DNA of 54,022 nucleotides, the filler included, from Catajapyx aquilonaris (lineage: Eukaryota), in assembly GCA_000934665.2 (NCBI GenBank). It is 3 parts of 3 records of this genome, joined end to end, with 100 filler letters (N's around TTAATTAATTAA, not from the genome) between each part and the next. Parts side by side here need not be neighbours in the genome. Positions count along the whole stretch, not along the records: positions 1 to 17,954 come from JYFJ02006819.1; positions 18,055 to 35,970 come from KZ539599.1; 1 more part is not named here. One strand, 5' to 3'. The position numbers and the translations under genes are program-made. A model generated the notes under the pieces. It had not been told where the DNA came from. It ran no database searches and was given only the letters and a program-made list of their open reading frames with translations. Position 1 is the first letter of the stretch, and each line of letters starts with the position of its first letter. Below, piece after piece: positions 13,804 through 26,885 of the stretch.

Positions 13804-14155
13804 CAGTGGTTCCCAACCTTTTAGGGCCTTCACACCCCTTTGAGAGCAGTTGGTCCTTTTCGTACGCCCTACCAGGATAACAGATTTACGAATCCTTGAC
13901 ATTTAACTAATCTGTGATAATCGTGATAACTACCTTAAAATCAATATTTGGGGACCAGGAGTATGATGAAGTGAAAGAAAATTAAGTCATTTTATAGATT
14001 ATAATCCAGCTATATTTTCCTTTGTGCAAGCCACTTATGGGCTGTGCTACGTCCAAAATGGCTCGATTTGGATTCAGGGCTACTTAGCTCCGTACCCCCA
14101 GGAGGGCCACTTCACACCCCCTGGGGGTACGGGTACCCCTGGTTGGGAACCCCTG
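13804..14155. mobile_element. hAT (Charlie-like) MITE in an SNX13 intron
   Basis: CAGTGGTTCCCAACC...GGTTGGGAACCCCTG termini; 8-bp TSD TTGTAGTG/CTGTAGTG (7 of 8 match). Confidence 0.85.
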
Positions 14156-15582
14156 CTGTAGTGTGTCCAAAGGTAATATCTTCAAAAACAACAAAGGCCT
14201 TGACATGTTTAAAGCATGTACCGGTACGCAATAAAATGTGCATTATAGCATTCTAAGAAAATTCTGGTATGGAATCTATATTATCAATACCCTACTGTGA
14301 TGGTGATTCCTCCCGCTGTGTATGGCCTGCAGCACTGGAAGTGATCTCAAAATTTAGCCTACATGTCCTATATTTGCAATAAACTTTTGTTTTTTGCCGA
14401 TAATGTCCAGGGAATTTATATAATGCAAAAAACGCCGACCGCCTAAAAAACCCAACCACCACGAGTTCCCATAAACACCGCTCTAGCCGCAGGCACTACC
14501 TCTGCACCTTCTTACTTAGGTACTTTGCCGTCGGATGTCGCTGCCTGGTCCGCGTCTGTCTGTCTCTGTCTCTCTCTCTCTCTCTCCTCTTTCGCAATTT
14601 TGCCTAATTTTGGCAAGTTGGTGCCTAGTAGATTTAATGAAGTGCAAGGTTGCTGTAGATTTAACCAAAAATATGCAGAGATTTTTTCTCACCCAAACCT
14701 CCAATCCCACTAACTCACATGGCACAGTAGATAAATTCTGCGGCCAGAATGCAAGGTTGAAAACTTCAGCGTTCATTGATGGGCCATTTTTGAGTCACAT
14801 GCTATTGAAAACCAATGAAACTGACCAAAAATCCAGTTTTCAATTGCACGTAACTTGAAAATGGCTGCTCAGTGAGTGCTCATACCAGTACATTCTGGCA
14901 ATGAAATATACGGACTGCATAAAGTTTTATGCAAATCTATGGGTTATAGTGGTGCCATGCTCCTTGTAAGTTAAATGCTACAAAATGTCCCACATTGTGA
15001 GGTGGCTACTATGACTTATTGAAAGCAGATCATCATGTCATTTTGTCAGATGAAGAAGGCGTAGCAATGTTCTGCTACCAGATAACAGCAGAGCCATGGA
15101 ATAGTCGAGATATAATAGTCCTAACCGATGCAACTTCGCAAGGTTTGTTGCATCAGTTACGTTAATCCTAAATTCTCCTGAAAATACGAATATGAACAGG
15201 CATGATCCAAGGTAATCACAAAATTGCGCCTGAGGAGTAGATTGCACATCAGTTGTAACATTACTTCTAAACACATTCAGCTCACAGGGTTTCACGTCAT
15301 TACAGCATCCCCCCAAAGAGCTTGTCCTATTCATGTTGCGTCAGATACATTAAATTAATATTTTACAGAGTCCATTCAAGTTACTGTTCCGAAATTATAA
15401 AAAAATTGGCAATAAGCTACCAGGAAGCAGCCACATGGGAATAATTTTAAATTCCCTTTTCATTAACATTTTCCATTGCAATAAATATCAATACAGTGTA
15501 AATCCTGTCCGTCAGTCACAGTAGAATTGCCCAACATGTAATCTACTTCATAAATCTCCTGTGAAGTTCTACATGAACCCAC

Positions 15583-15798
15583 CTTCTTCCCAAATGGTCC
15601 ACTGCCCTTATCATATTCTCTCCCCTCAAGAAACTTGAGCACCATTTCCTGAAGAAGAGGGTGTGTCTGTAACACGGCTGGTTGCAACAATCCTTGCAGC
15701 AGCTCATGTAACATGTGCATTCGCTGCTCTAAGACCACACGATCTGTGTTGTTAAATGTCTTCTTAGCAGGGAAGGGAAGACGACCCAGGTCGCCATA
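15583..15798 (-). CDS. SNX13: Sorting nexin-13 exon (PX domain, second half)
   Basis: YGDLGRLPFPAKKTFNNTDRVVLEQRMHML...FLE; TTTTTTTCAG acceptor and AAG|GTGGGT donor, both phase 0. Confidence 0.9.
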
Positions 15799-15882
15799 CT
15801 GAAAAAAACATTGAAGGTGAAGGTACCTACACACAAGACAGTGAAATAGGTTAACACCATCTACAAATATCAAACTACTCAC

Positions 15883-16325
15883 TTTCTCCTTGACCTTGCG
15901 GTACAGGTCGTAAAAGTCTGAATACCTCCTGTAGATGTGCCACTTCTCTTCTCTGCCAGTAAGTTCAAACTTACGAGTAACAGACACAGCATATATGCCG
16001 TATGTCTTTCCGTGATCTTGAACCACACCAGTCTCAAACACCTCTGCCTGAAGGATATATGGCTGCTTGGACAAAGATGCAGCAGAAGTGGAGGGGCCTT
16101 TGGAATCAGATGTGGATCCATTCTGAACAGCTGCTCTTTCTGAGGAGGGGCTCAGTTGGGCGGGCTGAGTTGTGGAAATGGGTGGTATTAGAGTGGTGGA
16201 GGAAGAAGTAGGAGGTACTGGGAGTGGGGCTTGATTCTGCACAGAAGTTGGGGAAGGTGATGGGGATCGTTTGGCAGTGCTGCTTGATGGGGCATCTTCC
16301 ATTACCACATTGCTCCCTTCCACAT
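15883..16325 (-). CDS. SNX13: Sorting nexin-13 exon (Ser/Pro/Thr-rich linker + PX domain first half)
   Basis: GKTYGIYAVSV...WHIYRRYSDFYDL PX motif; TTTTTACAG acceptor (phase 1) and AAA|GTGAGT donor. Confidence 0.9.
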
Positions 16326-16772
16326 CTGTAAAAACACATGGTCACCAGTACAAACTTACAATAACTTCTAAGTTATGTATTGCTGATTGCCAACTACAAA
16401 ACAGTACAGTTGTGCATATTTTTGGGTGGGAAAAGTAGACATGGTTTGGGAGAAACCATCCATGCTGAGCAATTGAGAGGTCAGGGTCAGCAGCCTTCTT
16501 TGTGGCATTATTTTTCCATGGGGGCAAAAAAGATGACAATGATGGAAAAAAATGAGCTTATCCTTGCCACATTTTGTAGTTAGAAAATTGAACCTTTTTT
16601 CCCTAACAATAGTGCAATGAAAGGGCTACAGAGAAACTTTGCTAATTGTTTACTCTTGCAATAAGTCACCTGCACACTTACAATGGTGCAGCATCAATAT
16701 GACACATTCTGGTATGCTATGAATGAGATATCTAGGAAAGGGGGTAGTAGTAAATAGGGTAGTAAATCTTAC

Positions 16773-17073
16773 CCAAAGAGGACAAGGAGACTGAATCTGC
16801 AAGAGAAAGGTCATCTAGAGATATGGAATCGTCATCATCACTCCTAGAAGCAGATGAGGGATCCCTGAGGAGGTCGAGCTCTGCCAAAAGCTTCAGATAG
16901 GCAGGGCATCTCTTGAAGGAAGGAAGGAAGGGCTCTTCATGGGCCAGCTTCTCATACAGCTGGGTCTGCACCTCATCAAACCACCCCTCAGAGGGCCTCT
17001 CATCTCCCGAGTTCATCAGGCGAAGTTCCAAACGACGAGATACTCCTTCTTCCAGACGGATGCGAGGAGAAGC
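16773..17073 (-). CDS. SNX13: Sorting nexin-13 exon (end of RGS domain); upstream exons not in this piece
   Basis: ASPRIRLE...FDEVQTQLYEKL..EPFLPSFKRCPAYLKLLAELDLL resembles the SNX13 RGS end; TTCCAG acceptor and G|GTAAGA donor. PXA and early RGS exons are not seen before the spacer at 17955. Confidence 0.85.
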
Positions 17074-17954
17074 CTGGAACAAATGCCACCCCATTCACAA
17101 AACTGGACCCCAACTCTTCATAATAACTGATAATAATAAGGTCTTTTTGGGCAGTTGCATAAGTAAAAGATTCAGGATTAGGAGTGAGCCTGCCCCTGTT
17201 ATTATTTGTTGCCAACAATAAAACTAACAATTAATAACAGGAGTAGATCCAAACCTGAATCTTACATGTACTCCAAAGATACAGACAAGATATTTTACCA
17301 ATAATAACAGCAATATTCAGTGATAACACTATGTGTCTGGAATCTATTTACTCGTCTAGAAGTTCCTAAATTAATTTCCAAAAAAAGACTATAAAAACTC
17401 GAAATTCGAGTACTGCGAACAACTGTTAGGCTGATTTAATTATGAAATTCGTGAAAATGTGAGGAATAACAATCTTGAGAACCATACCAGATGAATTTGC
17501 TGAAATCATCGCACTTTGCGAGATATAAATTAATACATAGTTGCCGCTTTCTGGCACTCAGGAAAACTCCCACTTGTAAACAACAGAAAAAAACACGCGC
17601 GATGCGATATTGTTTCTTTTGTTGTCCACTTGTAACCTAGGAAACATAAAACTCAGCCTTATGGACAACAATGATCCCATCTGTATTCTGGTCGAGCTTG
17701 AGGAATTAATTCTGGGGTTCCTGGTCACACACACACTTCCCCCACTTTAACCTCCTGAGACCAAATGTCCATTTAAATGGACATCAGCAAAAGATTTTTT
17801 TGGCGCCAACCAGTGATGCCAACAGAACTGTAATAGGCTGGTATCCCATGGTTACAGTCTGGCCTCAATAGCTGTAGCCACCTAGCGTCGAATATCTGGC
17901 TTGGGCCGCGAAAATTAAATCGCGGACAAAATGGCGGATTCCGCTGCTGAAGCT

Positions 17955-18054
17955 NNNNNNNNNNNNNNNNNNNNNNNNNNNNNNNNNNNNNNNNNNNNTT
18001 AATTAATTAANNNNNNNNNNNNNNNNNNNNNNNNNNNNNNNNNNNNNNNNNNNN
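17955..18054. other. Artificial 100-nt spacer between sequence pieces
   Basis: 44 N + TTAATTAATTAA (stops in all six frames) + 44 N; identical to 35971-36070. Confidence 0.95.
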
Positions 18055-20360
18055 AGCAATATTTGCAGCACTGATTATAATTCACTAATATAATAGGGCA
18101 GCTCTTTTCAATAGCCTCGGTCACTATAGAACTCTTCGTAAACACAATTTTACGAAAAATAATAGCCGACTATGTACCGCAGATGAACATGTGATTAGAT
18201 GCTCAAACTTGGCTTTGAGGTGGGATGGCAAACATTTTTTTTTTCATCCTTCAAAAAAAAAAAAAAAACGCGGACGAAATTCGCTAATGAAGTCCGGTAA
18301 TTACTCAAAGCAAGAGTCGTTAGTATGGAAATTTCTGTGTTTCACCGGGAACGATCCTTTTGATAATGGTTGATAAAAAAAGTTGGACGGAAAAGTTTTT
18401 TTTGGGGGGCAGAGTAAAAAACAGAGCAATGCTCATTACCAGCTACCGGGCGCCTTTGATATTTCATTTTTGGGTCTTTCAACATTGCCTGAAGCTTGCC
18501 TTGTAGGTAAATTCGGCGGACATTAACCGCAAAAATTTTGCAGGTAAAAAACACACAGCTTGAATGCGTCACAATTATTTTTCCTATTGGAACTACTAGC
18601 CGTTTAGCTTTACCATTTTTGACTTACTGCTGAGCATTGATTGCACGCGTTGCGATCCAAATGTTGTGCAAATTCTGCGCATTTCTCGATTTATAGTCGT
18701 CAACGTTCTGAAAAAATTGTTGTGAAAAAAATATGGGAAGAGGAAGCGTGTTTGGCGATTCGGAAGCACCCTGAGGAAAACCTGCGAAGGAATTTTCTTT
18801 GATCTCTTCCTCTTCGGGTCCTGGAATCAACCTGGCGGAAGAGTATGCGTCTCCGATCCTTTCCGAACCTCACCGAACTGAACCGAACCGTGCCAAAGCC
18901 TGCATGAATCAGCCCACAATATTTTGGAGTCCACATTTTAGGGTGAAAAGCTGGCCCGACGGATCGATCCCCAGCAAGAGAGAAGAAGAAGAGTCGACAA
19001 GTGACAAATAAGTTTTCCTTATCCAGGCACGTGGCAATAGGAAGGAAAGGTCCGGCTTGGGCTTGGGGGAAAAGCGGAGGCCATTTGCATGCTTAGTTGC
19101 ATTTCCGTTTATCTCCTTCCGGGCTCTGAATAAGGCTTGGCTCTTGCTTCGTCTGGCGAGGGAAAGGAGCCTTGATTCCGGGTCCAAATTACGCGTGCAA
19201 TAGGGGCTAATAATCACTCTGCCCCGGAGCAAAGGGGGTACAAAGCGAGCAATTTCGTTCCATATATTGCGCAATTCTAGTGTGAGAGAACGTGGCCATA
19301 TTGTTTTCTAATCTGCGCAGTTCAAATCGATACATCTTTTCCTAAACTGTCATGGCTGCCACTCATTGATCTGGCAACGTGATAAAATCGTAATGTTTGC
19401 AGCTTTGTAAGCTTACAGCAATTGGCCGGCAGTAATTTTCCATTGCGCTGTGATTATATTGTTCAGCCAATGGCTACACATGTGATATTCGGCTATGAGA
19501 CAATCCAATTTTTGTGGTACCGTAATTACAATAATGTTTTGCGAAAAATGTCATACTGCATTTTATCTCGTAATGAATTTGATCGATCCGCATTCCAAGT
19601 CTAGTGTGAATTTGAGTGAATCCTGATCGTAATTGCACATGTCCCGCTAGAAATTCACGCACGGTTTGACCCGCATGAAAGGTGATGAACAGCACACTCG
19701 CCAGTGGGCCATTCCAGATTTTTTTTTTTTTTCAAATTCATTACTTTCGGTGGAAAGACGCGTCTCCAACGTGCAGCCTGATTGCGTCCTTTCATAAAAA
19801 TGAACCTGGACATTGCGCAAGGTCCAGCCAATCCTCCGGTTCCCCAACGCAATTTGCGCGATTTTTTTTCACACATCACCGTCTTTTCTCTTTATTTCCT
19901 GGTAGGCTTGTACCGGTCAGCGGCTTACCCGGCTGCTTGTAAATTTTTCAAAAGGGGTAGCCTTCGCGCCGGGGCTTGTAAATTTGTCCAGTGGGCAGAA
20001 TAGTTGAAGGGAGAGAGAGAGAGAAAAAAAAGGTTAAGCTCCATGGAGCATTGCAAGCGGCCATTGCCTCGCCACTTTGCCCGGCTGCCACGCTTTTGTT
20101 CCAACCCGGATTGGCGGATGGTACCCCCGCCAAAAGAGAACCGGAGGGCAGTGCACACAGGATTGCTTGTTAATGTCAATATGCTCGTCAGTCCGATGGA
20201 ACGTGATCTAAGGACATGTACACAAAAGCAGTCTGAGAGCATGTCATGTTGGAGGGAAATGCAGCAGCTGGATTGACCCAAAAGGGTTCAATGTCACGTT
20301 CTGCCTCTCAGAGTTTTAATCTGCTGTGTATGGGAAGGACCAGGGTGTCCCAACTAAATG

Positions 20361-20468
20361 GGTATAAAATTGGTATAAAATTGGTACAAAATGGTGCAAA
20401 ATAGATAAAAAGATGTAAAAGTAAGTATAAAATAGTTATGAAATGAGTATGAAATAATTGGTATAAAA
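20361..20468. repeat. Degenerate ~11-bp tandem repeat (GGTATAAAATT-like)
   Basis: GGTATAAAATTGGTATAAAATTGGTACAAAATGG... decaying downstream. Confidence 0.55.
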
Positions 20469-21120
20469 GAGATATGAAATGGATGGGCAAACAAACAAAC
20501 TGGCTTTTATAATAATTTAATAGATATACCGTATGCATTTTACGTAAGCTACAATTTTTTGAGCTGAGCAAATATTTGGGTAGATCTTAACCTAGTGTGT
20601 CACCTTGTAGTTTGGGTAACATGCACACATTGATATTCCCCCAAGTTGGTAAGCAAAACCGGATCTGAACGTGCGATTAAACACTTTGATTACCGCATTT
20701 TCCCACAGGGATCATACTTGGTATTCCCACCCAGTGTTCCAATGGATTCCGTGTCAGGCACTGCGGTTGCAATAATGTCCTGAAATATTCAGCACGTCGC
20801 GCACTTGCCAATGATCCATGCGAACGGCTCCATAAAATATATATCCCAAAAAAAAAAAAGTGAGAGCGAGAGCTCTTCACCTGTTCGGCAAAGTTTGACG
20901 CCACAAAAATGCGTGAAAAAAATAGAGTGACGTGGGTTTAAATATGCAGGATTATCATGCGCTGGTAATCTCAAGATTAAATTTTCGCACCTCGTCGACT
21001 TTGATCAGCAGCATCGAACATACTTTTAATTGCATGTTATCTGATCGTTTGTGACAAATCCAGGATGGCTCGCTAACTGCTAGTAGATACGACTAACGAG
21101 CAAACATTGCCTCACTTGAA

Positions 21121-21341
21121 GATCACTCATCACCAACGTGCATGAAGTACTACTTTTTTTCCCTGAGAGTGGCAGCAGTGTGCAGAGAGGGAGCCTGTGC
21201 GCCATCTGTTAGTGGCATTTCGTAATCGAGTTGAGTACGAATTGTCACTAACAGATGGCGCACAGGCAGCTTCTCCTCACACTACTAGCTGCCACTCTCA
21301 GGGAAAAAGTAGTACTTCCTGCACGTTGTTGTTGAGTCATC
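21121..21341. mobile_element. Palindromic MITE-like element (~220 bp)
   Basis: CAACGTGCATGAAGTACTAC...CCCTGAGAGTGGCAGC...TGTGCGCCATCTGTTAGTG mirrored by CACTAACAGATGGCGCACA...GCTGCCACTCTCAGGG...GTAGTACTTCCTGCACGTTG. A related fragment lies at ~37015-37052. Confidence 0.8.
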
Positions 21342-24300
21342 GTGGACAGTCTCATCTAGTCAATTCCGTGTTTTTGAAGTGAATGAGTCCTAATTGCGAC
21401 ATAATGTTCCCGGTTCCTAGTGACGAATTAGCTCCCGAGTAAAATCGTGTTCGGATGAGAAAGTTTCCTGCGGAGAGGTGCGCATTTTTATTCCGGTCTT
21501 CACGACTGCGGCAGACTCCTCGTCCGGCCCTGCCTGCACATAGGGCTGTGGCAGATGGCCCTGAAGCCTGTTCCAGAGGCCTCCCCCGATTATTATGCAA
21601 GGACGTGAGAGAGGAGAATTAAGTCGAGCTTTTGGGTGGGAGGCAGGGAGGGAGGGAGGGTTAGAAAGCGAAGAAGGAAGCAGGGCTAGTGCAGTTGGCG
21701 CTGGCTGCCTTAAGGAGCATGAAATATGAAGCACAGGCCCCAACCGATGCTGGAAATTACCGGACCACACCAAGATAAACAAACGTAGGAGGGGGTATAG
21801 GGGGGGTGGATGGGGATGGGGGAAGATGAATATTATTTGTGCACTGCCTTGCCTGCTACTTGCATGTCTCCTTAACGAGAGTGGGGGAAGATTCTCTCGT
21901 GCGTTGTGGAGCAAACCCGCTGGGTAAATGAGGCACCAGGGTTAACTAACCAGCGTAATAGGAATATCGCTGAGATGGTTCGCCAAGTGCAGAACTGCTT
22001 TAAACGTACGATCATGCTACGTACAGAAATCGTGTATCTGTAAAATATAGCTGTACATTAACAACTAGCTAAAAATGGCGCTTTTTTGACTGTACATGTC
22101 AGTCTTTGAACATTTTTTTTTACCTCTTGGTGAAGCAGTCAGTTTACTTTGATCTGATGCTAATCTCTTTTCTGGCTGAACCAGAACCCCCCTTTTGACT
22201 GAGTCAATCATTCGATCATGTAACAGTGAGCCGTTTTTGCACAAGTTTGGGTATAAAAAGAGGGAAATAAAAAAGCGGGGCACTATGTTAGATTTCCCTG
22301 GACATTTTATGGCATTCATAACTTAATTTAGAGATATTCACAGTAGCAGAAAATTTCGTTTCGTGCAGTCTGCCTTCGAGTAATATTTCCAGAGATTACC
22401 ACTATTTCTATATAGTCGAATGCACTGTACGTCTCTGCACTGAGAGCTTATGTTAGCCTACCTGTGCTTCCAGTTTGCTCCAACATCGCCAAATTGGACT
22501 TACACCCATATAGGTCCATACCCTTCGCAATGTACACATAATACGCTTCCATCCGAGTGCCCCTGATATACTAACCGTGAGACCAGAAGTTTCAGGTAGA
22601 ATTGACATACCTCCAGGAAATGTGATTCGAAACGCAAACTCGCCGCTGCGAGTGTATAATTCACATATAGTCTTTTACATATAAACGCCGAGCTGCAGAG
22701 TTTATACACTGCATGGACTATGGAAGCACACTCCAATAAGGCAGCAAGAAATACACTCAACTGTATCTATACAGACCTCATTCCGCCAAAGCCTAGGGTC
22801 AACCTACATATGGCCACAAACACTCGAAATTTCGTTTGTTCCGGGTCCTCCAAGATCCTTCGCAGCCAGTCCCATAAATTTCTTTAGGCCCTCCCCAACA
22901 CCCCCCCCCCAATCCTCCAACTTCCCTCGAACCCAACCAGAAAGGAGCTAATCCTGGTAGTCTCGCCTACTCGAGCTGGGAAAGTGTGACCGCCCGGATA
23001 AAGTTAGGTCCCGGGAAAACGCAGCTTGGATCATCCTAAAGAAAAAAAGAAGAAGAAGAAGAAAGAAGAAGGATCCGGAGGGCCATACGTCACGAATTCA
23101 TTCCCGGAGAACCTAGAACCGAATATTGGTCGCGGGGGAAACATTTTACAAAGTGCGTGCCAGGACCACCAGCCTCTCTGTGCCCTCAAATTATCTCCTT
23201 GAGTCAAACAGAATCCGGTGGTGTAAACCGTGGAATCACAGTGTGCGGTCCTTTCAATTGCAGGCACTTTGGAAGGAATCGTTTCCGATAATGAGACCAC
23301 GTGTTCAGGCTTCAGGCCGCCATTTTAATTGGGCGCCATTTTGAGCCCGATTGTTTCTCGCCATTTGAGGGGTGTGGTGGAAAAACGTGACATTTTTCAC
23401 CTAGCAACTATGTAAAGTACAGTCAGGGTACTTACTGTAAAAGACATGACAAACAGTTTGGTATACTCCAAGTTCACGTACCCATCCACGAGGCAACACA
23501 ATCTAGATCAATTCGCTCTCCTGTACACTTCTGTGGGTTGTCACATTTTCCCACCACACCCCTCATTTTTGAGTCAGACTGTTTCTCACCATTTTGGGTT
23601 CGATTATTGTTTCTCTCCAATATTTTGGATCCTGTTGCAATTAATTGCCTGATACATCGACAGGCTAGTAAATATGCATGATCAAAATTGATTACACAGC
23701 ATGCCACGAGAACCGTCACCCCCCGCTGGAATTAACCGCATCTGATTTACGCATTATTATGAAGTCAAGGGATGAAACGTCCTGGCTTTTGTGGAAGGAT
23801 AGTTTTTCATTTAACAAAATTGACATACGGCATTCCTTGAGGGCGGTCTTATTGGAATTCCAGGGGCCGTTAGGTATTATATATCTTGGGATGTGTCTGT
23901 CTGGGACGCATCGTCAAAAGCCGATAAGCCAGTTCCTGTCCCAGGTTACTTTCATAATGTAGTTCCGCAGCGTCGACGGGCATTATTAGCTCCCCGGGGT
24001 GCGAGCTGTTGGAATATCCATCCCACCGACTTTAATTAACGCCGCTGCTGCCTTTGCCCACTGGCCCAAAGTCACATCCATCTCCCAAGCTGCATTTATA
24101 TCGCAGCAGACGCCACAGCTGCAAATCCCAGCCTTATACAGCCGAATATAACCCTAGAGAACTCCCCACCAAACTTTGCTTCTACTTCTTCTTCTTCACC
24201 GTTTTCTATCTATATACCTATAGCTATACCACTCTTTGAGACGTCAATTTGCTGCCACTTTCCTCTGGCGCCTTCTTCAAGACGCGGTAAGGTCGGTAAG

Positions 24301-25502
24301 TCCAAAAGCCTGCACAATGCAGATTGCGCTGGGGTTGGGACTAATCGCATCCGGAGCCGCCGACTGGAAACTCGCTTCCATCTTTCCGCCTTTTCTTATA
24401 AAGAAAAAAGGGGGAGACAGAGGAGGAGGAGGCGGAGGATCCAATCACTATACCTGGCTGGAAGCTAGAACTAGGTTTTTCATCTTGCTTCCTCCGGCGC
24501 AGAAGCTTCTTTTCCTCTTCACTTGGTGCACAGAATGATGAAAACTCCTCTTCGGAATGAACCATGCGGCCTGAGGTGATGAAATAATCACACGGGATAT
24601 TCATTTCTTTAAAAATTTAGCTAATTACTCCTCTGATACCCTATAACTCTCGAGTCCCCCCCACAGTGTTGTTTGGTTGACATTGTGACAAAATGGGTTT
24701 ACACCAAGGCTGCTTGGTGTAAGGTAGACTGCGAGTCGGATTTCTGCGCCGTGTATTACTATACATACGACCTGCTGGATGAAAAGCGAGGCTGAAAGTT
24801 TACGTCAAAGCCACTCCCGCCTTCCTAACTTTATGACAGACAAAATATTGTTGGAGTTACAGGATTTCGGAAACGGGTCAGGAACAAGGACCATTGAATT
24901 GTCTCATCTGACACCTAAGCTGCTTATATAATTTTGAACTTTAAACTTGGCAAGAAAGCTTTTGAAATGAGTAAATCCTCCTTTGTGCTCCATATGTTCA
25001 TGTAGTTTTGGAGGCTTGCAAGGGCTGGATTACCCTGGCATTACCTGCAAATGTCGCCAGTAAGGAGCTTACCGCCTCAAGGCTCCAACCAACCCATGAT
25101 GTGTGCAAAGACCAGAAAATCCAAGCCCGGCGTTTCCCTCCCTCAATTTAAAGGGAGTAGGGGGTACAAGCAGCACACGTGAACTGTAATTACATTACAA
25201 CCGGAGTGAGTGTTGATGACATTAATATACTTGTTACAGCGGTAGGGACAACCTTTCTCTCTCCAGGCTGTACTATGATAAAAGAGCGTTTTGTGATCGA
25301 TGCAGGATTCCCTCCAGCCAATTTTGCGGGCATTTAGGCCCCGGGAAACTACGAGGGGTTGGGAAAGGTGGCGCCTGGAATTATCCGGACTCCCTGCCCC
25401 CACCGAACCCCGAAAAAAAAAAGGAACGAGTTGTAATTTGGGGGTCGTAACACGGTGGGACGACAGATATCACGGACACTGGTTGCGTTTCATTTGCGGG
25501 GG

Positions 25503-25768
25503 NNNNNNNNNNNNNNNNNNNNNNNNNNNNNNNNNNNNNNNNNNNNNNNNNNNNNNNNNNNNNNNNNNNNNNNNNNNNNNNNNNNNNNNNNNNNNNNNNN
25601 NNNNNNNNNNNNNNNNNNNNNNNNNNNNNNNNNNNNNNNNNNNNNNNNNNNNNNNNNNNNNNNNNNNNNNNNNNNNNNNNNNNNNNNNNNNNNNNNNNNN
25701 NNNNNNNNNNNNNNNNNNNNNNNNNNNNNNNNNNNNNNNNNNNNNNNNNNNNNNNNNNNNNNNNNNNN
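25503..25768. other. Assembly gap (266 N) flanked by G runs
   Basis: Run of N without the spacer motif. Confidence 0.95.
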
Positions 25769-26187
25769 GGGGGGGGGGGAAGGGGTTATGACGTTTTTTA
25801 AGCGGGATTTATTCGTTCCATCTTTTCCTGGCTCGAGTTCAAACCCCTCTTTCCTTTTGCCTTGTGCCTTGCTTGCTTGGTTTATCTGTCGCAGGGGCTG
25901 CCCGGGGATTGGGGCCAGGCTTCAATTCCCGGACGTCTCGTCTGCAAAATGGCTTCTTGGAAACTGTCCCGCTCTTGATGAAAGCAGTCTTCCAGGATTG
26001 GCTACCCATTCATTTACTGGCTACGCTCGCACGCAAAAATAAATTACGCCCAAGAGGCTTTCATTTTCGAAATTGGGAACTTAGTCCAAGGGATGGTGGG
26101 GTGTGGAAAGAAAAAGATTTGTTTTTTTCTAAATGCGCAGAAATCCAACTGATTCACTACATCTGTATTTTTAAAAACTGTGAATTT

Positions 26188-26587
26188 GTTGAATCCGGAT
26201 ATAACAGCCTCCACTATAACGTACTTTCGGTTATAACAGACTCGAAAGGTTGTTCCCCTCCTTTTAACCCCAACTCCGGTATAACAGACAATTTCTTGGC
26301 CCCTATGTGGAAAAATATGCTTTTTCTGTAGTATAAAATTGGCAAAAAGGAGACTGCAGAAAAAAAGCTAATTTTTTGGTCCTGCATAATTTTCGGGTGT
26401 GCTAATATTGCATTTTTGATTGATTTCATTAAACAGTAGACTATGTAGAAGTTTGCATTATGTGCATGCGGAAAGCAGAAAACTTTGTGTATATTCATTT
26501 CAAAAGTGACTATTTGGCTATAACACACCTCGGTTATAACATCCTTTTCCGCTGTCCCTTGAAGTCTGTTATATCCGAAATCAACTG
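26188..26587. mobile_element. pogo/Tigger-like non-autonomous element
   Basis: GTTGAATCCGGATATAACAG ... CTGTTATATCCGAAATCAACTG|TA inverted termini, with repeated internal CGGTTATAAC motifs. Confidence 0.65.
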
Positions 26588-26625
26588 TATATTAATTTCG
26601 CCCGGACTTACGCAAGTTCTGTTAA

Positions 26626-26683
26626 TTTTACGTAACTCGGTCCGTCTTTTACGTAACTCGGGTCCGTCTTTTACGTAACTCGG
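26626..26683. repeat. Short tandem repeat, ~22-bp unit, about 2.5 copies
   Basis: TTTTACGTAACTCGG(G)TCCGTC repeated. Confidence 0.75.
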
Positions 26684-26761
26684 AGCCAGCTTTAATTCTG
26701 AAACCACGACACTTGCTCCCAACTCCTTGGGCTCTACGGGGCACTGACAAATTTTACTTAA

Positions 26762-26885
26762 CCTCCTGAGACCCCTGGTACAGTATACTGTACCTTTGTT
26801 TTTTCCCAGCACCTTCTGACTAACTCAAACGCGTAAAAAAACAAAAACAAAGGTGATTGAAAGGTGTACTAGGGGTCTCAGGAGG
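26762..26885. mobile_element. Minimal piggyBac-type MITE (124 bp)
   Basis: TTAA|CCTCCTGAGACCCCTGGTACA...TGTACTAGGGGTCTCAGGAGG|TTAA (20 of 21 TIR match). The same terminus TTAACCTCCTGAGACC occurs alone at 17747-17762. Confidence 0.85.

Noticed and set aside
15463..15582. C-terminal extension of the 286-aa SNX13 ORF
   Set aside because: Read-through into the intron after the AAG|GTGGGT donor; SNX13 homology resumes at 13604.
17999..18010. TTAATTAATTAA as a homeodomain site or piggyBac target
   Set aside because: Centred in a 100-nt N spacer and repeated identically at 36015-36026; an artificial linker.
25300..26042. 163-aa and 195-aa ORFs
   Set aside because: Their length comes from reading through the 266-N gap.
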